Positions 37,719-51,300 of a stretch of 64,000 nt of DNA are shown here, piece by piece. Each line of letters starts with the position of its first letter. The first letter of the stretch is position 1. The DNA lies in NCBI GenBank assembly GCA_030141605.1, contig JAQGDQ010000110.1, forward strand, positions 186,001 through 250,000, written 5' to 3'. The translations under genes and the position numbers were made by a program. The notes under the pieces were generated by a model. That model was not told where the DNA came from, did not search any database, and saw only the letters and a list, made by a program, of their open reading frames with translations. The DNA is from Tubiluchus corallicola (taxonomy: Eukaryota > Animalia > Priapulida).

Positions 37719-38750
37719 TTACGGTCTGGTGACAGAAACAGTCACTGACTGAGAAGGCTGGCTCCTATCTTCAGTGTTAACAATATTTGCTCGGCATAAA
37801 AGTTTCCTGAAACAATGGCGGAAGTCCTTCATGAAGATAACGTAGATTAATGGATTCAGAATTGAATTTAAGTTAACACTAAGTGCTTTTATGACTCCAC
37901 TGCCTTTTGTTTGCTTTTCTGTGACATTGGCTATTATCATGTATAACATATTTGGTGCTATTAGTATCATTGAAGTAGCAATCACTATACCTGACATTTT
38001 GGCTGCTTTTATTTGCCTTAGCACACCACTAACAACAGTGTTTCTTGGTTGTCGCTGTTTGATGACTTGGATGCTGGCGACTCTTCTTTGACGTCTCAGT
38101 GCTTCTGCAGTAATCCTTGTATAAGCATATATCATGAAAATCAGTGCTATAACGTAATGCGATGCGTAGAAGAAAATGTACCAAGGGCTAATCACTAGTG
38201 CTGAATTAGTACAAGAAACATGTGGTGAGTAGCTAATAGCACTTTGTATGGCCCAAACTCCACCCACCAGTAAAGAGTATGTCACAAAAATTCCAGCTAA
38301 GAAATTGAATTTTATTGATGTCACTTGTAACTTGTGATATTTTATAGGTTGAGTTACAGCAGCATAACGATCAAGTGTGATACAAGTGAGGAAAATCTCA
38401 CTTAGAATAAACAGAGATGCGAATAAAAATATTGATATATAGCAGTGCCACCTTGATATTAGTGGGTGTATTACATTTTCTACAATTGTAAAGGGACCTT
38501 CCCATAACACAAGTATAACACCCCAAATCAAATCTGTTACTGCTAAATTAGCTAGTAATCTATTGTGAAATGTTTGTAGGCACTTATACTTGTAAACAGC
38601 ACATATAACTGTTACATTTAGAGAAATATTCACTGTTCCAACCAGTGTAAATATCACTAACATGACAATTTTAGGCTTGATTACTTCACGTATTTCACTA
38701 TTGAATTCATACTGGTCTTCACTGGTAGCATTTGCTGATTTGTTAAACAT
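37719..38750 (-). CDS. Intronless class A orphan GPCR, 343 aa
   Basis: Seven TM segments with LN, NLAVTD, Cys at TM3 and ECL2, DRY, and LNSILNPLIY. Related to 29473..30534 (shared AVYKYK..QT.HN.LLANLA and RQIK..KMS). Confidence 0.93.
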   Translation of the reverse strand: MFNKSANATSEDQYEFNSEIREVIKPKIVMLVIFTLVGTVNISLNVTVICAVYKYKCLQTFHNRLLANLAVTDLIWGVILVLWEGPFTIVENVIHPLISRWHCYISIFLFASLFILSEIFLTCITLDRYAAVTQPIKYHKLQVTSIKFNFLAGIFVTYSLLVGGVWAIQSAISYSPHVSCTNSALVISPWYIFFYASHYVIALIFMIYAYTRITAEALRRQRRVASIQVIKQRQPRNTVVSGVLRQIKAAKMSGIVIATSMILIAPNMLYMIIANVTEKQTKGSGVIKALSVNLNSILNPLIYVIFMKDFRHCFRKLLCRANIVNTEDRSQPSQSVTVSVTRP

Positions 38751-41700
38751 GATTACGATCCACTAGTTTCTGCGGTTTCAAAATTTTTACGAACTGTGAA
38801 ACAAGTACTTTTAGCGGAGCTGCATGAAGCTCACACGAGCTGCAGGATGACTGATGTTTCTGTAAATATTGTCATGATGGCAGCAATAGAACGCATGCGT
38901 TTTCAGCTTTTTTCCCATTAGTGATAGAAGATGGCATGGCACTACTGGTTGAAGCCTAATCTCCAGAGACTTTCTGCAATACTGGAATTGGGAAGTTTTC
39001 ATTGTTCCATTGTCGAGCATTTGTCTACTTTAATGTCTTTGTTTTCTACTTTTTTGATTATTTGGTCATGATCAATGTATCACACAACTCCTTGATCAAT
39101 GAATTAATAAATCTGTGATCGAGGTAGATCACGTACAAATTAAATAACTTTTTATTAACCAATTTTAATTTGAAGATTATCAGTTAATAATCAAACAAAC
39201 ATACATAAAATTATTATTACATACAAACGATACAACAATTAAACAAAATGGAGTGGATAGGAATAAAATGTTAGGAGTGTGAATCTGAATTTGAACCGGT
39301 GTCCCCTTTGAACCATTCCAACTTTTAATTTTGTGATTTTATACTGATAAACTATAGAACACCTACATAATTCAGTAGTCTGTTGCTATTCTACATGCAT
39401 TATATATGCTTAGTTACTGCGTAAACGAGACATTATGTGGAATGTTTATGCAGCATTGATTATTTGTGGGCAAATCTAATGGTCATACTATAACGAAAGT
39501 TCCTGCTTTTATTGTTGTTTTTGTGAGACCTCGCAAGTTAATTATTTTGCTAAGAAATCAGGCACTTGCAACTTAAGATTCATAGATATTGGTGACCGCA
39601 TAATAGCTAAAATACCAACTCTAGCATTTGGTCTGGCCTGTTCTATATGTTTCACTTCTTGTGAGTTATTATTGAATCATTAGTTAATCTGTAGAAAATT
39701 ACCAAATTATGGCTATTTGCTATAACTGTAAAACTCCATTATTATCAAAGCATTACTCTTGTAATGATTTTTATTATTGTTAGACTGATTGCAATTTGTA
39801 AAATAGAAACAGTGCATGCATTGCAGAACAACAACAATTTTTATTTCCTCCATAGTTAAAGACCACACTTTGAACGCACACACTTTATACTCACTTCATT
39901 ACGTTGCATTTTTATGTGGAAATGATAAATTACCGTATTCTTTAAATCTAGCAATATACCATTTTTTCATTTTAATCATAACTGATACATCCCTCGTTTT
40001 AAGAGTAACTGTCTTTTGAAACATCTGTTTTGGTGCTACTATTACTATCTTATTCTTTATTTTTAACAGACCTGTTGCATACAAGTTGTTTAAGTGTTGG
40101 TGTCTACACGTGTTTGCTAGCCCGTGTGCTGAATCGTATACACGTGGGTGGTTTATTAACCAGTGCATTGCTCGTTCGGTTTATTGACCAATGTGAATAA
40201 TTTATTAAACGAAAACACTGCCACAATGATAGTGGTGGCATCTTGGATTACACGCTTTGCTTGTACAGCTCTAATCAAACTTAATTACTGAAGCCACAAG
40301 CTGCTGTAATATGAACCAGGTACTTATTCTGTCAACAATAAGAGCCTCTTGTTACCACGAAAAAATGGAAGTTTTCATCCCTGTGTAACAACAATGCTAC
40401 ATTATCCAGTTTTACTAATTTCAAGTGAAGTCCTTTCTAATTTATAAAGAATGAAATACATTTGAGGAATAATATTTTAAACAAATGAAGAACAGAATTT
40501 TCAGAAATGGGTTCAATTGAGATATTTGAAAAGAAACTGTGAAAAATAAAATTGCAGCCAAAGTTCATTCAGCATTCAACCAAAAATTTTTCTGTAATTT
40601 TGTTTTGACCTATAGATCGCCATAATTATTTATATTGATTGTGTACAATGTGTATAAACGTTTTACACATATACACATAAAGTGTTTTAGCATTCACTAC
40701 AAATCTACGTGCATATATGGCATTGTTGTGACTATAGTGAAACACACTGAATGGATTTCAACACTGAGGTTGCCACTTGGCTTGTTTAATGGTCGCAATT
40801 TAGTTTTTGGTAAGCATTTATGTCAAATTAAATTGTAGCCATCCTATGTTATCCCTGCATGATGTACATTGAATTGCTTTAAATATACTCAAATTAAGTT
40901 AAACCTCATCGAATCTAACAATTAGATGTTTAAAAAGCTAATCTTTAATTAGATCATCATGAAAGATATGCTTGAATTAGTCGCATGCCAGAACTATGTC
41001 CATTAGCATTTCACACAGACCAAGCATGAGTATATTGGCAGTCTCACTATTTTTAGTCCTTATTTGAACCAAATTCAACTAAAAAAGTGAAAAATCGAGC
41101 TTCATGAAAAATGACCTTTTGTGTTTTATATCCCCTGTTAATGTTTCTTTGCTCTGCTGTTTTGCTTTTTTTCCAAAATTTTGTCTTCCAGTCTTTCTTT
41201 GGAAAGACTTAGCAGAACTTTGCGAGACTCAAAAAAATTGTCTGCGTACATTATGTAGTGTAGCATTAGCACACACGCTAGTAAAACTTAGTGTAGGGTA
41301 ACGAAAAACGGTGATAGGTCACCTAACAACCAGTCTTATAATTTTCCTGTTCTTTTGGGTGTCTACAAGAAATTATTTGGCAGCCGTGTCTGCCTTTATG
41401 ATTTCTAAATTTGTCGTTAGATGGCGCAACAGCTTGTTGAACTGAAAAATAAATATGATCGTGTGCTTTTCAATGGACGTGATTTAGTATTTTACGCTAC
41501 ATTTCACACGCTTGACACACAGTCAGACCAGGAAATATCGCTTGAATGAGTTCAATTATAACTGGGTTACTGACATTATGTATTGTCATGATTTCTAAAA
41601 GCAGTCAATGGGTATCTTGTGCAGGTGGCGCAGGTAAATTAAGATCTCTCTTTGGAAATTTTTGTTACAAGTACTCTTGTTGTGGTGGTAGCTTTAAATT

Positions 41701-42334
41701 TGTTGATCAGTTTGACGAGTCATTTATTTTCTGATTTGTGCGTTAATCACTTAGGCTGAAGAAAGTTTATGTTTTGCTTTATATATTGTTCATGATTAAC
41801 TTTTACTGATTGCAGTGATACGGTAATTTAATTATATGGAAGTAGACCAAATGCTGTAACAGTTTGCAGATTACAGTGCCGTGAAGATTGGCTGTGTTAT
41901 CTTGTATGCGTTTTATTTTTCCGCTATTAGCTAAGTTTGAGCTGATGTGAAGTGACATTAAATAGACTTAACGTTTAAAATTCGGTGTGCATTCCATCCT
42001 ACTTAATATTACCTTTTAGTACTAGACAAATTTGACATAATTTAAATAGTCACCTTAGTTACCCATCACCTTAGTTAATTTAGGTTTTAACCATTTTGTT
42101 GGGTGAGCATGTCTAAGAAACCTGCATAGTTCATTTTTTTCGTTTGATTTTTTTATCGTCATATTTTTGTTTATGTGAAAATTTTGCCTAAAAATGTAAT
42201 TTTCTTTTTGTTAAAATTTAGTTTTGTTGCTATTTGATCCATTGAAAAATAATTATGTAATTGTCTTTAATAGGTAGCCGATTACACTTGGCACTACATC
42301 ATGCCATAGATTTTGAAGGAGGAGCAGTATCGTT

Positions 42335-45300
42335 ATGTTCGTTCACACAAGTCTGTGCTTGCTGGTGCTGTCATCTATTGTGCAAGCACATGTTCGTCTT
42401 GTGTATCCTCCTGCTAGAAAGTACGACTTTGACGCTTTGGACAACATTGATGGAGAGGCGCCGTGCGGGATGCCAAGAGGTAATCTGTGTTGTTTTTGTA
42501 GTAAACGTTGTTTATTTGAGTGACTGTGGCATTAGGCATAATTGGTAGGACTGCGTAGTTATGAATCGGAGTCAGTAAAAATCCTGCACACTCAAACTCA
42601 TTAGTTTGGAAATGCCTCTAGACCCCTAATTAAGTGAGTTTTTGAACATTGTTTTGCATTACATGAAATGAATTGCATTACATCCATTTATTAAGTTTAC
42701 ACTGCACACGTTTTCTTATAGTGTTGACTTGATGTGTCTTCATGTGCTGATGATTTATAAACTTTGTATGTTACATATTGTTCTGTAGTAATTGTACACA
42801 TTGGCACCGTATATAATAAATCTAAAAAAAATCCAAAAAATGAATTAATGGACAACCTGTGAAACAGAAATAATTATTTCTGTTTTTATTCCTGGTATTT
42901 TGAAGACACTTGAAGCCGATTTGCTTTTTTAATAGAATCTGTGTGCCATGTGGTTGAACCATTGAGGTGACTGCAGTGTCTCTTGCCTTTAATTGTACCT
43001 TATTGATTTTTAAATTATAGTGGCTATATAGTAGCTTTTTCGGGACGAAAATGTTCAGTTTAATGTTTTAACCCAGATTCTTAAAATGGAATAGAGTTCA
43101 TATTTTAAGCACCCCAGAGTCAATAGAGTTGGTAGATCTTACAAATCCAAACAATGTTAGTAATAGATGACAGCACTAAGTATTGTAGTGGAACTGTTTT
43201 TACAATGGGGAAGGGTTTGGCTTAGCAGGAGACCTAGCCTCATTTAATTTTTTAACAGCTCACTAGATTAATGATATTCCACTGAACCTGCCATTGCTGG
43301 TTTGGATCTGCAAGAACTAGTCCAACGTGGTCCACACTTTACAGTTCCACATGGCTTGTCTGGTTATGCAAAAATTTATCTAAGTATTTAATTTCTAAAA
43401 ACAACAAACTTTTATTTCAAATATGTACGTTCATCTCTAGCATTTATATTTCTACTTACTAGTGTGCACTTAGCCCAAATGAAATTGTAAGTCAACTTTT
43501 ATGTTGGTCAAAAAATCTTTTGTAAAAATGAGTTAGTGCCAGCAGGCAGCTTCTGCTTTTTTCACGACATTCTGACGTATCTTTTGATACACTAGAAGTA
43601 AAAAAGTTTTTCTGCTGACCTGGGAAAGGAAACCCAGAGGAACTTGAGTATTTGCTTGACCTAATCATATTCTGGTCTGTTATCTGAATTCAGCATTTGT
43701 AACACTGATAATTCATTTTCTCGTATCTGATGCAGTATTTGCAAAGATAAGAGCACATTGCAAACTATAAATGTAATCATAGGAGATGGTTGAATTATAT
43801 CATAATAATAAACAAGTTCTAATGATATGTAGTTTTTCATTTCCTAATTTAGAACTTGTATATTAGATAGTAAGCTTTATGCTAATACTATATTACCTCA
43901 AGAAATAAACACAATCATAGTAACAATGTCTGTAAATGCATTTCCTTCCATTTCCTTTTAGTTAAGTGCAAATGCAGTTCGCAAGGAGTGCTAAAAATCT
44001 TAACTAAATGCTGACCATAGTCATATATATATATCTACTGTGTACACAATAATTATTACATATGAGGTAAAGGAATTCTTTAATGAATTGATAGGCTAAC
44101 GAAAAATAATCAGCACAGTAGCCATGCCAATGAACTCGGTGTAGTCACATCACTGCAATACAAATATGAATACAATTGGGTAATAATAATATTAGGCTGA
44201 CAGCTTAACATCTTCCTGCCCAGAGCTATGGCCGTTTTTACGTGACTTAACCAACTTATATGATATCAATTTGTCTAGGTCTTTTGACTTGCAAACTTTC
44301 ATTATTGCATTTTACATCACTGATGCTTACCCTCGATTTGTAGTTGATTTGACCTATTTTCATACATAATTTAGCTTGTTCTTTTCATACACATATACAT
44401 TTATTACTGGGGCGAGCAGTAGTCTTACTGGCAAAAATGAAATTGTTTAGTATGAGTAACATTCAATTCGTTGTTCAAAGTATTGCACATTTGCATTTCA
44501 CATTTCACAAAACTGTTGTTTTACAGGATTTGGTCCGGTTACCATCCTCGAAGAAGGCTCGGATGTCAGTATGGTCTGGGACATGGCATGGACTGGACCA
44601 GCTTCACTGAGACCACTGCTGAATTACAGTATTGAATTGTTGGATGCTAGCGATCGTATCGTTGCCACACTGGCACAAGCTAAATTCTTTGCTAAATTTG
44701 GAGATGATATCCCTGTAATGGCCAGAGTAGTGACCCTGCCTCAGTATGTCATAGGTAAATATATGCTGTATTCATAGTTACTTTAGCGGAAAACGTGTTT
44801 ATTTTAGTGTTAAATTTGAACAACCAATTGTTCTCTAGCACGGTAGTGCCTGGCCACTAACGTAGTTAGCATCTTGCAAATGAAATTACTGAGGTGCATC
44901 AAATGCAAAATCTTAAGTTGTCAAAGCAACTTTTCAAGTTTGCTTACTGTTGAATAGGCAGTTATTTGGGTCATGCTAAAACCGTCTTTACTATGGATGA
45001 ATAAAAAGTAGCCGAATCTAATGTAGATCAGTTTGATTTATGCCTTTAGCCTGGTTTGCAGCGATTGATATGAATTCTTTTACTGAAATCTTTCTGCAGT
45101 GAAAAACCTGCACATGTTGTAACTTGCTTAGTGCGGCGATGATTTGTGGCTAAATTTTTCCCCGTTAATAATCTGTTGCACTGATGAAGCAAGATCAATT
45201 CCAGCATTGAGTTTTTAATCAGCATCCTTTAGTTTGATTAAATACTCAGTTTGTGAAAACAATTAATTTATTCTATTCACTTTTCACTTGTTTTTAAATT

Positions 45301-48300
45301 TTGTACTGTTTGTTAAATTAAAATCAGTTTTATATGCACAAAAAAGTTATAGTATGGAATATTTGATGCAGATAAAAGGTGAAAGATGGATGATACAAAC
45401 TGCAAACTTGCACAACACTACATGTAGGACTGTGTTAGAGATAGATGAAAAAAGTATGTGATCCACAAAATGATAAAACACAGAAGAAAACCTGATTTGT
45501 TAAAGTTGTTAGATACTGACGTTTTACTTAAAATTTAGTATTTACTAATTCCATAATCTTTTTTTTTGTAATGGTAGACATATGCACAGAAGTATGAAAT
45601 AAGTTGAGCTAATTTTTTCACAATGTACTTATAGGTAATTACTTCACACTGAGGCTTTCTTCGATGCTACCAGAAAACATTACATTCTGGACCTGTGCTG
45701 ACGTGAATATAGTACCACTAGGTATTTTGTCCTATAGTTTTAGAATAATACGTTTACTTGGTGGTACAAACCCGCAACTATTTATTTAAATTTTGAAACC
45801 AAATTTCGAAAAACAGAAAATGTGACATGGATTCAAAGTGAATCAAAATTAAAATATATCATATTACTTATTCTAAGCATTCTAAACATTTTACTGTAAC
45901 TGTAAAGGATGAACTTTAGAATGTCTTGATGGCTGAGGAACATAGTAGTCCAGCAGTCTAAGGTATCTGCTTTGCAAGCAGAAGGTCCTGGGTTGAATTC
46001 CAGACTATGCTTGATTTTTTCACATTTCTGTTTCTCAAGTTTGGCTTTAAAAGTTAATTAATGGTGGGTTTATACCATCATTAATATTAATCGTGATATT
46101 AAGACAATAAATAATTAATATAATTACTTGTTTCGGGCTTTTCTTCTTGATAACGGGTCCTGGTCCTGTTATCACCATCAGCATAATAAATAGGTTGTGC
46201 CATCACTTGATGAATTGTAATTTTTCAGAGCATCAGATTGTCTGGAAAAAAGTAACATAACATATGCGTTTTTTTCTTGTATAATAAACCAGTTTGCATA
46301 TTTATGTGAAATATGCTTTTAGGGCAGCTAAAACTGATCTACAATGGAGACTACTGCTCTAAGCATGGAACATTTGACAATGGGACAAGTACCTGTCGTT
46401 GCGAATACCTCTACTCTGGAGAGCGATGCCAATTCCTGGATGAATGTTGGAAAGACGGAGACTGTGGAGAAGGAAGAGGTACACATATCTCCATTTCATC
46501 AGCAAAATTGTTGTCGGTGCTAATATGGATTTTTATGTGAACACTTGACAGTGAGTGTAAAAATAGTCCTGTTTTATTTTTAAGGAAAATGCATTGATAC
46601 GGGAATGATTGGTTCATATCCCAGAATGCAATGTTATTGTCATTGGGGATATTTTGGTAACAAGTGTGGTCAGGAGTCAACAGTGAAGAATCCCATGTAC
46701 AATCCGGACAAATATCGGATCTTTCACCTCGGACGGTGGCTCACTCTATTCTGGAGAGTTTTACATCGTAATCCAGCTCAAGGCCGTTTTCAGGTATCAA
46801 GAATGTTAATGCGCTTAGACTACTAGTTTACCAAAGTTTTAGTAATTGTAGTGGTCTAACATGCGAAATTTTCAGTAACTGTTTCATTTGCCGTACTGAT
46901 TCTGGCTATTTACGTAGTCACATCAATGCATAGCTGAGACGTGCACCAGTTCAATGTCTTATCTTAAAGATTTGACCTTGATAATTTGCATGGTTTTGAT
47001 CTTCCACATTGAACAGGACTTTCTACTGATTCCACGGCATTGGCTAACGTCACAAATTGTATAAAAAAAGAAATCATTTTTGTAGCATTGTGAGAACGGA
47101 CAACAGGAAGCTGAAGTTTCATGTTAGTGCTGCCTAAGCTGTAAGTTGCTTATTAAAGTTTAGCAAATTATTTTTTAACAAATTTATTTTAGAGCTGTTT
47201 TCTTCTAGGGTGAGGTAGAAATGATTTTACGTTCAGTGGGAGAAAGCTATGTTGCTTTGGGATGGCGACCAAAAGGTAAACATAAGACACAGACATAATT
47301 TCTCTTAGATTTTTAAGCTAGTTTATGTAAAATTTATTTTAAAAATTAGATCTGTTTATTAGGAAAATCATCAGAAGTTTAGTGCTGAATAAGTTCTTAA
47401 AATGTGTGCATTATAAAAGATGTTACTATGTTATTCTTAACTATATTGTTTTCCTTTGTTTTGCTTTTCCTTAAAGCAAATGAGGTGATATGTTATATAT
47501 TATTCACAAACCTTGAATATTTTGAAAATGACATTTTTGTTATTCTTGTTGACCATAACATAGTTTGGAACATTATCACTAATATTTCATTAAGAGTTAA
47601 TATTTATGCTAAACTTTGATTCATGTTTAGGATTGACAGTTAAATGTCAGGAGTTTCCTCGCTTGCCGAGTGGCTCCTACGGGGCAGATACGGGTACTGT
47701 AAATAGTAACGATCATAAGTCAACGCCATCGCGCAGCGGAAAGAAAAAACGGCGGAAAAAAACCAGGTGGAGTAAGACACATCCCCTTCATCCGATGGCT
47801 TGTACAGATATGGTTATTGGTGCTGCTAAAGGTGCTTTATTTACTTTTTTCCACAGTAATTAATTTTATTGAAAAATGTAGCTAATAAAATTAAATCAAA
47901 GAGTTGGAATGGTGTCTCGTGTTAGAGAAATATTTGTTAATACTAAGATAGTTCTGCTACAACCATCAAATGTAAACAGACATTGCAGCTGAGTACTGGA
48001 TGTCTGCCTGGAGATTGCCAAGCTAAAAGGTTTCGTACTTCAGGTAATTTAACACGGGTATTTGACTATTATTCTTGGGACATGGCCACACCGAGAGTAG
48101 ATGGATTTTTCGGTGGACGCGATGATCTGACAGCCGCAGTTGGTCACGAAGATGACGGAGTCACAACTATACTTTTCCGAAAGAGACTCGTAGGTAGGTG
48201 CACTATCACTTTTGCTTCTCAGAAATCATTGTTCGTGTTTTTACTAAGACTTCCTTTTCCAAGATTTTGCGACACAGAATTAATTTCAACAAATTGATGC

Positions 48301-51300
48301 TATTAATTCGCATTGAAAGAACAGCTTTTAAAATTTGCACGTCATACTTGGGAATTTTGCGTATTTCTTTTATACTCGTACATAATAAAATCTACTGTCT
48401 ATTAATGACAGCTAAAGTAATTATGCTCATAGAGTGGTAAAAACGCAAAAACGTTTGTGGCGACAAAGCCTATATTATTTAAAATGTTAATCGAATTAAG
48501 ATAATAAATGTTCATAATATTGTGCATTATTGTACTAAATTTGAACTTATCCTGTGAGTTGATTTAATTTTTTTACTAAGCCTTCTTTTTCCAAGACTTT
48601 TTGTCAGTATCATTTTCCATTTAATGTCAACCTAACTATTTTATCACCAACCTTGATTTTAAATTCTGTTCTGTTTTACTGAGGCTTTTGTTGCTTGAGT
48701 TATACGTTTATCTGCTTTGATTCAAATAGTTAGATACTGTGTCCTTGAATGACTTGATATCCATTTTTATGAAGTACTAAGCAAATATATGAATGGGTCC
48801 TTGAATGGTTTTTATTAAAGTACAAGTATTTCGGCACTTGCTTGAGTCAATTAGGGGAGGGCTTGTAATTTTAAATTCTAAAATTCTAAATTATAGTTTG
48901 CATTGATTATGCTGATTGAGGCTCCCATAATTGGTATTTGAATTTCGAATGTTTGTATTTGTGCTTATACGTATACTCCCAAAATATTTGTATTTGAATA
49001 AAAATCATGTATTGGTGCATTTGTATCTGCTTAGTAAATAAAATAGTATGTTTCTGTATTTTTATTAGCCATTTTTATTGTCTATATGAATTTCTAGTTT
49101 TTGCCAAGAACTAAATATCAAAGGTTATAATATAGTATAACGTATAATAGGTTAAAGTATAATTGCAACAGTAACAGTTTGACTAACATGCTTAACCTCT
49201 TGCTGATGTACGATGAGCCACCTGTTATTTGTGGCAGGTGTGACCTAATAAACTAATTAACACCTGTCAGTGAAAACAGGTTGTTCAATTGCTATTGACA
49301 CTGTTATTGTTTATGTTTATGTTTGTGAGCAAGGCTTTAATTAGTAATATTAACCTTTTTGATATTAAATTAGCACAGTCTGTAAAAACTTGTTTGTGTA
49401 AGTGGCAGTTTCGTTTAGGAAACCTGCTTTGTGGTTGTGTGTGTTCATTCGTAAATGTCAAGTTTCCTGTTTTAGTATACTGAAAATGGCAAGCCTTTAT
49501 TACACGCTTCAAACAGAATGATACTAAAGAGCATCACAAACGGGATTAATTTACAGCTGAAAGTTAACCCTTGATCACTAACTACTTGACTTCTTAAACT
49601 AGAACTTCTTCCTCTATAACGTATATACCTTTTTTAGCGGTGTTTAGTCACGAGTATTATAACCTGGCCAAAATTCAAATGTTATTGTCTCTGTTAGAGT
49701 GCAGTGCATGCAAATGTTTGCTGATCATAGTGTAGTCAAGATGCCTTGGGCAGCAAGTGACCCCAATCAGTACAATGCTTTTGATTACCTTCAATTATCA
49801 TGTTTGGCACTCTGCTTGGCTGCGGACTGTTTGTCAAGGTGACTAAGTGATTTGTATGAAAGGGAAGTTTGCATGAGGAATTTCTGGAAGACCTCGCACT
49901 TTATTAATTCGGGAGTTGTCCGTAGCTGAATTTTTGTCGTGGTGTGAAGTTTTGAAATTAATTATACTCATCGAATCTCCATAGTTGATACAAAAACTTT
50001 AAAGAAATGTACAATATACAATAATAAATGTATAATATACAATATACTGTATATCTGATTTCAGAATTGAGAATTTTTTTTTTAGTTTTTTATTATTACT
50101 GCTTACTGAGGCATAGAGTTCCTCCAATGTACGAAGTGGCGTTTATGTAGCATCCGGATTGCGTATGTGTTATGGGGGTGTGGAATAGGTCAAATCGGTT
50201 TATATTACTTTCAGTGCGCATGTTTATCTGACCTGCATTATGCTTATATTCTTCTGCCATTTCCTGTTAGTTTTTTTTCCCAGCTATCCCGCAGGTGGAT
50301 AATGCATATGGCATTCCGGATGTTACATAAACGCCACTTAAGAATGTCAAAAAGAAGCTGCACAACTTATATGCATTATTTAAATTAAAAGGGAAAAACT
50401 GACTTTAGAAAATCTTTTTAATAGACCCAAAATGTGGCATTTGGAAAAGTAAAATGCAGAAATGAACATATTGTAATAATTAGATTGTAATTTTCTTTTA
50501 ACACAATTCAAATGAAATCAAAGTGTTGAGTTCATCTTTATCTTATTGAGGGTGAAATTTGAGACATCTTTGCAAGCTCTCATTTTAGGGATTAGCCTTG
50601 ATTATTATGTGGTTTCCGGTTGAAACAGAACTATCAGGACTTGTGAGTCTTGTTAAATAGTTCTTATAGTTGTTAAATACTACTTTAAAGAATGATTACT
50701 TGCATAAAATATCTACATGGATAAGCTTGCCCAGCTGAGAAGTCTTATTTAGCCTAGCAATCAAACAGCTTGAAAAATCAGGGAAACCTTAGATTACAAT
50801 GTTGTGTGCCACCACCGAGTTCTACTAGTAATAATAGTAAATTGATTAAAAGTCCAATATGAAACATTTACACAGTCTCAAATACAACTTGTGGGTTAGT
50901 GAAAGTATCTGTATTCATTTATTTTTGACCATAGTTAAAACTCCAAACTACACCTGTATTCTAAAAACTTAGGATCCTTCAGTAACTGTGTAACATAGAA
51001 AATGGTTATTGCAAATAAGCTATATATTGAGTTATACAGAAACCACATTTTCTTTTTGCTTGTTTCAGCAACTGATGATGCTGATCACAGCATTCACAAT
51101 ACAGCCATGCATGTCATTTGGGCAGTGGGACGGGCATTCTACCACTCCCTGTACCAACCAGATCTGCTGAAATATCACGGTGTCTCAGCTGAACGGAGAG
51201 GGATGACACTTCTGAACTTTTTCAGCTCTGAGTATGGTAAATAGTTGTTTTGATACGTCGATTGTACATGTTGCTTGTAAATGGTATTATAGTTGTAACA

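Larger units (their letters stand above)
34326..40803. repeat. Head-to-tail tandem segmental duplication (unit 1 about 34326-37370; unit 2 about 37371-40803, with an extra insert of about 0.6 kb at about 39790-40400)
   Basis: Both units begin ctgcagtctctaggtt. Colinear matches continue through the GPCR, the upstream region (35570-35890 vs 38751-39070), tttgaaccggtgtcccctttga (36405 vs 39290) and the terminal block 36950-37370 vs 40405-40803. Confidence 0.88.

Noticed and set aside
29473-38750. Assigning the GPCRs to named aminergic, adenosine or opsin families
   Set aside because: There is no TM3 Asp and no ortholog-level similarity that I can recognise. The Lys near the start of TM7 does not convincingly sit at the opsin retinal-binding position. 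They are left as orphans.
35630-39020. Paired 69-aa ORFs (35630..35839 and 38811..39020) upstream of each duplicated GPCR, as conserved uORFs or peptides
   Set aside because: They differ at about 12 amino acids and most nucleotide changes appear non-synonymous, so there is no sign of coding constraint. The duplication explains the similarity.
45941-46010. Functional tRNA-Ala(TGC) gene
   Set aside because: It lacks the D-loop GG and T-loop TTC and has an imperfect acceptor stem, so it is treated as a pseudogene or SINE head.
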